Below, piece after piece: positions 34,306 to 42,175 of a DNA stretch of 44,163 bases (positions are counted from its first letter, which is position 1; each line of letters begins with the position of its first letter). Source of the DNA: a virus. Where the stretch lies: the IMG/VR virus record IMGVR_UViG_3300019886_000002. One strand, written 5' to 3'. The notes under the pieces are model-generated. The model had not been told where the DNA came from. It was given only the letters and a program-made list of their open reading frames with translations, and made no database searches. Made by a program: the position numbers and the translations under genes.

Positions 34306-34607
34306 CTGCTGAAATTGTGACTCTGTGCACCACTGACGAAATGGCCCAAGAAAACTGGCTGGTCAATTGGGAATGCCAAGCCTTGCCAACCCCACGCGTG
34401 TTCCATGGCCGTCGTGAAGCCTTCGATGCCGCCCTCCAGGGTATCGACTGCAAACTCTTGCCTCGCTCTCGTGAGCTTGCAAAGGACTGGATCGAGGGCA
34501 AAAACGCTGCCCCCCAGGGCCACATGATCACCCTTGAGGGTGACAAGGGCGGTTACGTGACGCTGCAGCGCGTATACGTGCCCAACGAAGCTGGCTGGGC
34601 ACTGTAG
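34302..34607 (+). CDS. hypothetical protein
   Basis: ATGA coupling to the upstream gene. 101 aa. Confidence 0.6.
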   Translation: MTAEIVTLCTTDEMAQENWLVNWECQALPTPRVFHGRREAFDAALQGIDCKLLPRSRELAKDWIEGKNAAPQGHMITLEGDKGGYVTLQRVYVPNEAGWAL

Positions 34608-34819
34608 CTCAGAGATCGGCGTGACAAGGCCTTACATTGTCAGCCTAGAGATGGTACAGGAGCCTGAGTAGTGTCAGGACATTGGTAGTACAACGGCAGG
34701 TCGGTCTTAAGCCAGCAGGAAATCACTAATCCTGTGCCCTAACGCAACCGCCGAAGATGATGGGTTCAAATCTCTGCCTAGGCCCATGAGCAATAACGCT
34801 CAGTTGATAGGAACACACC

Positions 34820-35095
34820 ATGTCGAACAATGTGACAGACCCATCCCCCACGAACCCCACTGAAACCCTCGGGCAAACCGAGGAGCGCCTGGCTGGAGAA
34901 ATCAAGCAAGAGGTTGGTGATAACGACACCATGACTCTCAACACGGCCATCGAAGCAACGAGGATTTACGTCGATACGGGCTTGGACCCGGCCGTTGATG
35001 CCAAGTTTCAAGCGGCATTCGAGGCGGGCAAGGAGATCCATGCCGAGGCCCTTGGTGCTGCTGAAGACGACGATGAGCCTGGCGACGACCTGTAG
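34820..35095 (+). CDS. highly acidic small protein
   Basis: 91 aa. By my count 22 Asp+Glu against 5 Lys+Arg, with C-terminus AEDDDEPGDDL. AGGAA upstream of the ATG. Confidence 0.6.
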   Translation: MSNNVTDPSPTNPTETLGQTEERLAGEIKQEVGDNDTMTLNTAIEATRIYVDTGLDPAVDAKFQAAFEAGKEIHAEALGAAEDDDEPGDDL

Positions 35096-35202
35096 GGCAA
35101 CCAAGTGGGAGCGGGCATAGTCCTCCGTAAATGGGCTGCAGCGTATGCGTACTAAAGGACACTCTACACTCATTTGTGTAAGGTTCGAAACGGTGGATTC
35201 TC

Positions 35203-35472
35203 ATGGCTGGTGTAGTTCAATTACCGGTAGTGAGGATCCCTCCCCGTCAGACGCATCTGGTGTTGTCTGGCAAGTTGAAACTCAGTGCATTCCAAGATGG
35301 TAATATCCTTAGGGCCGTGGAAGATGGGCGACAGCTCGCATTCCTACGGCCTGATGGTGTTTGGTCTAGGCCTGTGAAAGATTCTAAGGCCAAGCCACCC
35401 AAGGCATGGGACCTAATTAAAGCCATTTACCCTGCAAAGGAGGTGATCCTTGAAAAAGGACGATACTATTAA
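35203..35472 (+). CDS. hypothetical protein
   Basis: 89-aa ORF. Confidence 0.55.
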   Translation: MAGVVQLPVVRIPPRQTHLVLSGKLKLSAFQDGNILRAVEDGRQLAFLRPDGVWSRPVKDSKAKPPKAWDLIKAIYPAKEVILEKGRYY

Positions 35473-35845
35473 GGTTAAGAATCACGTAATGGTTAAATTA
35501 CCTATTACCCAACTACAGCTCAAGGATGCTTGTAATAGCGGCCTGTCCGTGGCCAAAAAAGTAAAGGCTGTATCCACTGACCCAGAAATTAACATGGTGC
35601 TCTTGTTGGGCGTGTTGTCACCATACCAATACGAATACGCTACTGAGGAAAATTTGGTGTCTTATACCTGGTGGTTTATGATTAGTCAAGGGTACGGCCC
35701 CGAAGCAGGATACCTTAGTCAAGGGTACGGCCCCGAAGAAGAATACCCATACCCATACCTATCACCATCAAACTCCACCCTGTGGTTGTGTGCACAGGTA
35801 CTTGCTATCTGGGCTGACAGAGTTGCCACATCGGAGGGCCGATGA
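35450..35845 (+). CDS. hypothetical protein with internal 11-aa repeat
   Basis: TTG start with AAGGAGGTG 6 nt upstream. A 22-bp direct repeat (35684-35705 and 35717-35738) encodes SQGYGPE twice. Confidence 0.6.
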   Translation: MKKDDTIKVKNHVMVKLPITQLQLKDACNSGLSVAKKVKAVSTDPEINMVLLLGVLSPYQYEYATEENLVSYTWWFMISQGYGPEAGYLSQGYGPEEEYPYPYLSPSNSTLWLCAQVLAIWADRVATSEGR

Positions 35846-36036
35846 CGTGGTGGATTCTTGCTCTTGCAATACTTTGGTTAGCCTTGACATGTTATCTGCT
35901 TCTGACCTGGAAGAAACCGAAAGACGATTACGATTCCAATCGCTACGGAGGCCCGGACAATCAGGGTTACTACGGCCTGGACAATGACCAGAGGGTACGG
36001 GCGGATCCCAAACATGAAGAACCCGGGCAGCTCTAA
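35842..36036 (+). CDS. small membrane protein
   Basis: ATGA coupling. TM segment WWILALAILWLALTCYLLL. Confidence 0.55.
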   Translation: MTWWILALAILWLALTCYLLLTWKKPKDDYDSNRYGGPDNQGYYGLDNDQRVRADPKHEEPGQL

Positions 36037-36047
36037 GGAGTAACCGT

Positions 36048-36728
36048 GTGGCTAGACCTGCTAGCAAGTCTGAGTTTTGGCGCACTGTTCGTGATCGTGC
36101 TAGCCTTCGTGCTCGCTTTGGTCATGTTGTTGGAACTAGTCTCATCCAGCGTACGATACCTAAGAAGAAAACAATGACACTTCATGATCTTTGGAAAAAT
36201 GCCTGCAAAGACCTGGTAATTAGGCACCCAGATCCAGATGTAAAACCGGTATTAACTTGGAGGGATAATTGTGGTTTTCTTGGCTGTGACTGCCAAAATT
36301 GTCGGGTCGCTATGTCAATTGTGTTTGATGTTAAAGATACTCGAAATCAGTCACTTATACTAAAGGATTTTTGTGTACCTGCAAGCTTTGACTGTTGGCC
36401 TGGCGCAGTGTTGGCCAGGGAGCTGGTTTTGTGTGTGTGGCTTGGTTATATAATGCACGAAACAATGGAGCTTGTCACAACGGGGTCACCATCACCAAAC
36501 TTGTCCTCGGCTTGGGACAATGACCATACAAAAGCTCGTGTGGTCTGTCCACATACGGCAATGGATACTCGCATATATTGTGTTATTAACCGCAATAATA
36601 CATTGGGCTACCTTAGCATGCTGTATCCAGACGATGTAGCCAAAAGCAAACTGGACAAGGCCGTCCTAGACCACGCATCGGAATCACCCTGGGTTAGGAA
36701 ATACATGGTTGATGAGGCTAAGAGGTAA
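36048..36728 (+). CDS. hypothetical Cys-rich protein
   Basis: GTG start with AAGGAG 6 nt upstream. 226 aa. Confidence 0.6.
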   Translation: MARPASKSEFWRTVRDRASLRARFGHVVGTSLIQRTIPKKKTMTLHDLWKNACKDLVIRHPDPDVKPVLTWRDNCGFLGCDCQNCRVAMSIVFDVKDTRNQSLILKDFCVPASFDCWPGAVLARELVLCVWLGYIMHETMELVTTGSPSPNLSSAWDNDHTKARVVCPHTAMDTRIYCVINRNNTLGYLSMLYPDDVAKSKLDKAVLDHASESPWVRKYMVDEAKR

Positions 36729-36730
36729 CG

Positions 36731-36949
36731 ATGAACAACGATATCTGGAACTTTCTTCACGGCACGGGGGCAGGGTGTGCCAGTATCGTAGCCTGGGAGG
36801 CGTTACATGCAGCGTGTACCGGTACGGTATTGCTACTGGTCTACTCCGGCGTGACGGTGGTGATTATTGGTGTGGTAAAATACCATAGGCGGGCCCTAAA
36901 TGCGCGGGTTATCGTCATTCACAAGGGAAAACCCCGTGGCCACAAGTGA
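36731..36949 (+). CDS. small membrane protein
   Basis: 72 aa with two hydrophobic segments. Confidence 0.55.
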   Translation: MNNDIWNFLHGTGAGCASIVAWEALHAACTGTVLLLVYSGVTVVIIGVVKYHRRALNARVIVIHKGKPRGHK

Positions 36950-36951
36950 GT

Positions 36952-37116
36952 ATGTTGCGTTGGCCCTTGCTGGTTGGGCCGTTAATGGTCGTTGCGGGGG
37001 TTTACATTTGGACTGGCGCTGTAATTTGGCTAGAGAAGGACACCAATGCCACAGTTTTCACGAGCAGTAAAGAACCACATGATGCTGGTACACTGTCCGA
37101 AGACCAATCAGACTGA
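36952..37116 (+). CDS. small membrane protein (54 aa)
   Basis: Starts 2 nt after the upstream stop. TM segment WPLLVGPLMVVAGVYIWTGAVIW. Below the ORF-track cutoff. Confidence 0.35.
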   Translation: MLRWPLLVGPLMVVAGVYIWTGAVIWLEKDTNATVFTSSKEPHDAGTLSEDQSD

Positions 37117-37210
37117 GCTGGCCAATTCGACCAAGACAGACAACATGTATCGCTGTTGTCGTTGTGGTGAGCTGCACCGTGGTAAGCGTGGAGATCATGA
37201 ACCCGACTAG
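37046..37210 (+). CDS. small zinc-ribbon-like protein (54 aa)
   Basis: AGGA 5 nt upstream of the ATG. HCP...CCRCG. Overlaps 36952..37116 by 71 nt, so it is unclear whether either or both are real. Confidence 0.35.
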   Translation: MPQFSRAVKNHMMLVHCPKTNQTELANSTKTDNMYRCCRCGELHRGKRGDHEPD

Positions 37211-37448
37211 TCTGATCCTGTGTTTCATTGCAGGGGTCGCAGCAGACATTGGCTGGGCACGCTACATCAGCAGCATTGCATCAGGACGAAGGCTATCGGC
37301 AAGCTGTTGGTCTGCAGCACTCACCGTATTGGGCTTGGTTGTGGCCTACTGGGCCGTTAACAACCCTGTGACTATCCTGGCCTCGGCGGCTGGTGCTTTT
37401 GTGGGAACGTATTTTGGCACGGAGGATGATGATGATACCACCACCTAA
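37197..37448 (+). CDS. small membrane protein
   Basis: ATG 37197 with GGAG upstream. The ORF is open from GTG 37164. Hydrophobic segments and an acidic tail EDDDDTTT. Confidence 0.55.
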   Translation: MNPTSLILCFIAGVAADIGWARYISSIASGRRLSASCWSAALTVLGLVVAYWAVNNPVTILASAAGAFVGTYFGTEDDDDTTT

Positions 37449-37980
37449 ACCCTTATTAGAGGGGGATCTGTGTCCTTTGAACGTGGGTCACAAAATAACC
37501 AGCATTAATCACAACGCATGGTACTGTGAATCATCTCATATAAGGCTTGTACACGCACGCATTGGTCCACCATATCCGTTACCCAGGATATTTAGTTTTA
37601 GCCCCTTAGATGGCATTGCTGTGGTTTATTCGCTGGACATGGAGCCTTGGTGTAATTACATGCGTGTGCAGTTGGCGCGGGTATGGCGCACATCGTTTTG
37701 GCCTTGTGTCTTGGGGGCAACTACTATAGCCATGTTTAAAAACCAGGTTTTTAACGCGTGGAATGGGTTTGGAGAGCAGTTCGCGGGTGTGGACTTCAAG
37801 GCACTGTGTGTAACGTTTAGGGTACCACCCGAGGCGTTTACGTGGTATCTCGATAGCCCATTCAAGGATCCTAAAGATTCTAAGTATCCAAGTATCTGTC
37901 AAGCCTGCAATAGTCCTGCTTATATTAGCAATCAATTTATAGAGTGTAGTAATTCTGCCTGTAAGTGGGCAGGCAAGTAG
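37426..37980 (+). CDS. hypothetical protein
   Basis: Triple ATG 37426-37434 directly after GGAGG. The ORF is open from 37393. Confidence 0.55.
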   Translation: MMMIPPPKPLLEGDLCPLNVGHKITSINHNAWYCESSHIRLVHARIGPPYPLPRIFSFSPLDGIAVVYSLDMEPWCNYMRVQLARVWRTSFWPCVLGATTIAMFKNQVFNAWNGFGEQFAGVDFKALCVTFRVPPEAFTWYLDSPFKDPKDSKYPSICQACNSPAYISNQFIECSNSACKWAGK

Positions 37981-38055
37981 CTCGTCGGGGCCCGTTCGCC
38001 CAATTTAAGTCTCTTATTGAAGTTGTCAAGGCCTTAGGGCCAGAAAGCTGTATGT

Positions 38056-38484
38056 ATGTTAATTGATGCTGATGTTATCCACGGTGTGATTGCGCGACTC
38101 CTAGCGCATCCTTTTGTAGAGGCCAAGACACCTGAATCCCTCAAAGAAGACGTATTAGCGGGCCTGCAGGACTTTGCAGAGCGCGAACTGAGGCTCGAAG
38201 TACAATACATCACAATGATGGCGCTGGCCTGCAAAGCGATGGGTGGAACCGGAGTGACCGTGAAATGTGTAACCAATGGCCAGATGGTAACGATCTTCGT
38301 TGCCCACGGTGATCTACTAGTCGAAGTGGGAGACATTACACGGCACAACAAGGAAGAAGAAGGCAAGGGCTTTCACTTTGGTGTGCAAATGAATCTTACG
38401 CACGAAGCCATCAACGCCATGGATATAAAGTTTTTCAAGTGTCCGATTCATGCTGACGCCTCAACAGCTCCGACAGATTCGTGA
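38056..38484 (+). CDS. hypothetical protein
   Basis: 142-aa ORF. Confidence 0.55.
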   Translation: MLIDADVIHGVIARLLAHPFVEAKTPESLKEDVLAGLQDFAERELRLEVQYITMMALACKAMGGTGVTVKCVTNGQMVTIFVAHGDLLVEVGDITRHNKEEEGKGFHFGVQMNLTHEAINAMDIKFFKCPIHADASTAPTDS

Positions 38485-38599
38485 AGCGGCCGGTAACCAG
38501 GTGCTGCCTGGTATATGGCGGCCCGGTGTTACATTGCCGTACTGTGTGGCTATGGATATTTACACACTGGCCACCCAAATAGAACACGACATAATTCGC

Positions 38600-38627
38600 T
38601 TGACATTGTATAAATAGTGTTTAAATT
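38600..38627 (+). promoter_or_regulatory. candidate sigma70 promoter of the recombination/replication operon
   Basis: TTGACA (38600-38605), 16-nt spacer, TAAATT (38622-38627). Lies 10 nt upstream of the Erf start. Confidence 0.4.
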
Positions 38628-38636
38628 AGGTCAACA

Positions 38637-39218
38637 TTGATTTCCAGCACATCGCTGGTGTCGCTTGCTAAAGCTCTGTCCTGTGCGCAGGGTGAGCTTC
38701 ATGAGGCGGCCAAGTCTTCGTTTAACCCCGGTTTCAAGTCCAAATACGCTGATCTAGCAGAGGTCTTGCAGGTGATTCGCCCGGTGGCTGTAAAGCACGG
38801 GCTGAGCTACGTACAAGGCGTGGGGTACTCTGATGGGTTGGCCACGGTTACGACGCGGATTCTGCATGCCTCAGGTGAATACCTAGAGGACGTGGTTACG
38901 ATCCCGGTGACCAAAAAAGACGCACAAGGTGTGGGCTCAGCCTTTACCTATGGGCGACGCTACGCCTTGGCAGCCATGTTCGGAATCTCACAGGATGATG
39001 ATGATGGCAATGCTGCGGTGACCAAGACGAAGGTGCACACGGGCACTGTAGCAGTTACCGTGGCGTCGTTGAAAGCAGAGTTTGACAAGGCCACTGACAA
39101 GGCAGACCTTGACAAGTTGGCCACCAAGTTTGCTCAACTAACGCCCGATGAACAGACCGCCATCCTGCCAATTGCCAAGGCTGCACGTGCTCGGGTAGAA
39201 GCTTCTGCCATGGGCTAG
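38637..39218 (+). CDS. erf: ERF-family single-strand annealing protein
   Basis: FKSKYADLAEVLQVIRPV and TYGRRYALAAMFGISQDDDDG match the ERF core. TTG start. Confidence 0.8.
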   Translation: MISSTSLVSLAKALSCAQGELHEAAKSSFNPGFKSKYADLAEVLQVIRPVAVKHGLSYVQGVGYSDGLATVTTRILHASGEYLEDVVTIPVTKKDAQGVGSAFTYGRRYALAAMFGISQDDDDGNAAVTKTKVHTGTVAVTVASLKAEFDKATDKADLDKLATKFAQLTPDEQTAILPIAKAARARVEASAMG

Positions 39219-39261
39219 CCCTGCGAACCTAGACCGCGCTATAGCCTGCCCAGCCTCTTGC

Positions 39262-39978
39262 GTGCTTCCACGTCAGAAGACTCCGCCGGGACCTAGTGCA
39301 ATCTGGGGTAAAGAAGTACACGCTTGGAAGGAAGGTAAGGAACCAACCAAGCGCATAGCCAAGTGGTTTGCTGAGACAGGCCTAGCAAAGGATACACTTA
39401 CACAGTTCTGGCCTGGTGGTGAACACGAGACCCTGTTTTTGGAACACGAGGGTTTGATTACGCGGTTGCAAGACTGGCCAGTAGAGAAGGTCTCACATTG
39501 GGATATGTTCTTTATCATGGACTGGATCAACCTAGACTTCCTACCGTGGGTTGATGATTTGAAGACAGGGCGCTTCCTTCCCGAGACTGATACACAGCTG
39601 CGTTCCTATTCTTGGCTACTACAAAAAGTCACTCATGCCAGAAGTGTAATGGGTACCTACACACACTGGCCGCGTTACCCAAAAACTGCAGGACCCAAAC
39701 GAACCGAAGGCAAGATTTATGCAAGTGGCGAATTACGCGAATGGTACGACGGAAGTGTTATCCCAGCCAAGCGGCTTGCGGCCAGGGATGCTGCTTACCT
39801 TGACACCCGACCAGGAGAGCACTGTCGGTGGTGCCCCAGCAAAGCTGCATGTCCAGAGTGGCGAGACGATCCGGGTTACCGAGGTTACACGAAACACAGC
39901 GGGGGGTCGCTTCACCTATGCGATTTACCAGGGGCGGACACTCCGCCGGCCACTCCGCAAGGGCCGCCCGTCTTATGA
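39262..39978 (+). CDS. PD-(D/E)XK exonuclease (DUF2800/Cas4-like)
   Basis: WVDDLKTGR (D-x-K core) and C-terminal Cys cluster CRWCPSKAAC. GTG 39262 is the first canonical start, but the conserved N-terminal motif lies upstream in the same frame (see finding). Confidence 0.7.
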   Translation: MLPRQKTPPGPSAIWGKEVHAWKEGKEPTKRIAKWFAETGLAKDTLTQFWPGGEHETLFLEHEGLITRLQDWPVEKVSHWDMFFIMDWINLDFLPWVDDLKTGRFLPETDTQLRSYSWLLQKVTHARSVMGTYTHWPRYPKTAGPKRTEGKIYASGELREWYDGSVIPAKRLAARDAAYLDTRPGEHCRWCPSKAACPEWRDDPGYRGYTKHSGGSLHLCDLPGADTPPATPQGPPVL

Positions 39979-40087
39979 GATTGTGCATCCCATCGTCTTG
40001 ACCAACGGTGACCGCCAGAAGATTCACGAAGTCAATGTCAACTCTCAACTCGGCCGTGCACTGCTGGCTGAAACCCTCCACACCTAA
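39719..40087 (+). CDS. hypothetical protein, long out-of-frame overlap with the exonuclease 3' end
   Basis: ATG 39719 with GAAGG 8 nt upstream. Only the part after about 39860 looks protein-like. Ends 8 nt before the SSB gene. Confidence 0.35.
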   Translation: MQVANYANGTTEVLSQPSGLRPGMLLTLTPDQESTVGGAPAKLHVQSGETIRVTEVTRNTAGGRFTYAIYQGRTLRRPLRKGRPSYEIVHPIVLTNGDRQKIHEVNVNSQLGRALLAETLHT

Positions 40088-40095
40088 GGATTACT

Positions 40096-40470
40096 GTGAA
40101 CATTTCTACAATTCTTGATGCCCGCGTTGTTTCTGAGAAGCCCTTTGTTCGTAAGACCAAGGAGTCTGGTTCGATTACCAAGGTTCGCCTGGCAGACAAC
40201 CCATCACGCAAGAACGACCGCAATCCTTGTCGCTTTATGAACGGCGAGGCCTGGGGCAAGCTCGGTGAACAACTAGCCAAGCTTTCCAAGGGTGACGTTA
40301 TCTCCTGTACAGGCGAACTGAAGATCGACAAGTACGTGGACAAGGATGGGGTTGACCGTCAGGATGACCTCCTTACTATCACGGCCTTCCGGGTGCAAAA
40401 GTCAGACTCGTTCTTTGACAAGGGTGAGGAGACTGCTACCCCGCCACCCGCGGATAATGTGCCGTTCTGA
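40096..40470 (+). CDS. ssb: single-stranded DNA-binding protein
   Basis: OB-fold-like N-terminal region. Acidic tail ending DNVPF, like the canonical D-D-D-I-P-F tip. GTG start with AGGA upstream. Confidence 0.7.
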   Translation: MNISTILDARVVSEKPFVRKTKESGSITKVRLADNPSRKNDRNPCRFMNGEAWGKLGEQLAKLSKGDVISCTGELKIDKYVDKDGVDRQDDLLTITAFRVQKSDSFFDKGEETATPPPADNVPF

Positions 40471-40532
40471 GACTTGCCAAGGCGGAGTTACAGGCTCTCA
40501 TTTCTGCCACAGAGTACTTTGAGGGTGAGGGG

Positions 40533-40892
40533 TTGCCGCTGGCAAAAGCCCTCAGGAGCCTACTAACCAAACTTACCGCCCCAAAAGAGGAGTCTCACGG
40601 GGTTGCGGCTGGGGCCGTAGAACGCGCCCTGGTGACCTCAGCCAAGGGTAAGGTAGTACCCATCCAAACCTCAGACCATGTCTTTTGGATTCGGCTAACG
40701 GCAGCTTGTGCACGCGTGGGGGCCACTATTGAAGATGCGGCCATTATTGGGGAGTGGATGTCCCACTGGGGGAGTAACTTCAAGATGACGATTGACCAAG
40801 TTGTGAACAAGTGGCCTAGCTACCTAGCCAAGGCTAAGGCTTCTCAACCAGAGGCGCCAGCAAATGAGCGCAGGGAGTTTGAAGGCGAATGA
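40533..40892 (+). CDS. hypothetical protein
   Basis: TTG start after GAGGGTGAGGGG. 119 aa. Confidence 0.5.
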   Translation: MPLAKALRSLLTKLTAPKEESHGVAAGAVERALVTSAKGKVVPIQTSDHVFWIRLTAACARVGATIEDAAIIGEWMSHWGSNFKMTIDQVVNKWPSYLAKAKASQPEAPANERREFEGE

Positions 40893-41892
40893 GCTTACAC
40901 TCGCTGACTGGGTCAACGCCCGGGGTACAGAACTTGCGGAACAGTATGCCCAGGTCGCGGCGGGAGCTACAATCGTTACGCACTGCCCAACCGGGTTGGC
41001 ACGACTCGACGATGCGGGGCTACTTGAACTTGGCGTCTGCACAGTCGTCCTTGGGCACGAGGGGGATGGGAAGTCAGCTCTCGGTCTTCAGTTTCTCGAA
41101 GGTGCAGCAAGAGCCGGGTTCGAGTGTCAAGGATACTGGCCGGAAGACCCTAGACGATTTATTGCGGACCGAATCTTGGGATCCGCAACTGGAGAAAGTG
41201 CGTCAAAGCTTAGACGCTTTAAGGTCTCTGGGAATGTCCCTGATAGACTGCGACTTGCTATGGCGGGCGCTGAGAACTGGGCACGACGTATCCGTGTCGA
41301 TGATCGCAGACTCGAATCCAGAGAGCTGGTTGAAGGCATCAAGGCACGATGGACTCCCACCACTCGTTTGGTCGTTGTCGATTATGCCCAGGTCTTGAGC
41401 AGTGAAACGGATGAAACGTCTGTTGAACGCGTTATCACCAAGGTTGTGTGGGAACTGAATGAGCTTGCTAAGGAACGAAACGCCAGCATTGTACTTTTGT
41501 CACAGGTGAGGACGCAGGTTAAAGAACGTGGGCGCAGGGTCTTTGACTCATGGCGACAACGTAACCCCTCTGGGGCCATTGCGATTGAATCTGTCGAAGG
41601 CTACAGGCCGTTGGCTGGTGATGGACAGTGGGCTCCAAACGCCCTTGGGCAAAAAGCTCGTGCAGTACTATCTTGGTTCCGGCCTAGGAGCTGGATGAAG
41701 ATGCACGGTGCGGACGTGAAAGACGACCTAGCACAGCTCTTGTTACTTAAATCAAATTATGGGCCAGCAATGGAAACACTGTCTTTGCACTGGCATGGCC
41801 CTACAACCAGGATATCAGATCCTAAGGCTGTAACCTCTGATTCTAAAATTGCAACCGGTGGGGCCGTCAAAGAGTCCCCCTGCCCCTTCTGA
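40864..41892 (+). CDS. DnaB-like replicative helicase (RecA-fold C-terminal domain only)
   Basis: Walker A LGHEGDGKSALG, Walker B LVVVDYAQVL, and SIVLLSQVR (LsQLnR-like). Confidence 0.75.
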   Translation: MSAGSLKANELTLADWVNARGTELAEQYAQVAAGATIVTHCPTGLARLDDAGLLELGVCTVVLGHEGDGKSALGLQFLEGAARAGFECQGYWPEDPRRFIADRILGSATGESASKLRRFKVSGNVPDRLRLAMAGAENWARRIRVDDRRLESRELVEGIKARWTPTTRLVVVDYAQVLSSETDETSVERVITKVVWELNELAKERNASIVLLSQVRTQVKERGRRVFDSWRQRNPSGAIAIESVEGYRPLAGDGQWAPNALGQKARAVLSWFRPRSWMKMHGADVKDDLAQLLLLKSNYGPAMETLSLHWHGPTTRISDPKAVTSDSKIATGGAVKESPCPF

Positions 41893-42175
41893 GACTGAAC
41901 CTACCGATGATGAACTACTGGCGATTGCCAAGGATCTTGATGAAACGACTCCTGACCTTGCACCAGGACCAACAGAAGCCGAATCTCCCTACCCCGACTG
42001 GTCTCCTGCCACTTCCCGAGTTATCTCAGGACCACTTGGCACTAGGGCTACCTATCCAGGGGTTCGATACCTTAACTGGCGAGACGCAGAAGCCGCAATG
42101 CGAGAGGCATACCGAGTCATCAAATTCTGGTGTTTTGCCAACCGATGGTATGCCAGGGTGTGGAGGACACAATGA
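41849..42175 (+). CDS. hypothetical protein
   Basis: TTG 41849 or GTG 41858 start, overlapping the helicase end. Acidic, Pro-rich N-terminus. Confidence 0.45.
   Translation: MQPVGPSKSPPAPSETEPTDDELLAIAKDLDETTPDLAPGPTEAESPYPDWSPATSRVISGPLGTRATYPGVRYLNWRDAEAAMREAYRVIKFWCFANRWYARVWRTQ

Noticed and set aside
34762-34772. GGGTTCAAATC T-loop-like motif as a second tRNA gene
   Set aside because: The flanks give only 3 paired positions for a T stem. I found no complementary acceptor strand or D/anticodon arms on either strand.
38450-38617. 55-aa ORF MLTPQQLRQIREAAG... in the gap before erf, with an XRE-like first helix
   Set aside because: Only the first 15 residues look HTH-like. It overlaps the upstream gene by 35 nt and runs through the candidate promoter. 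It may still be real.
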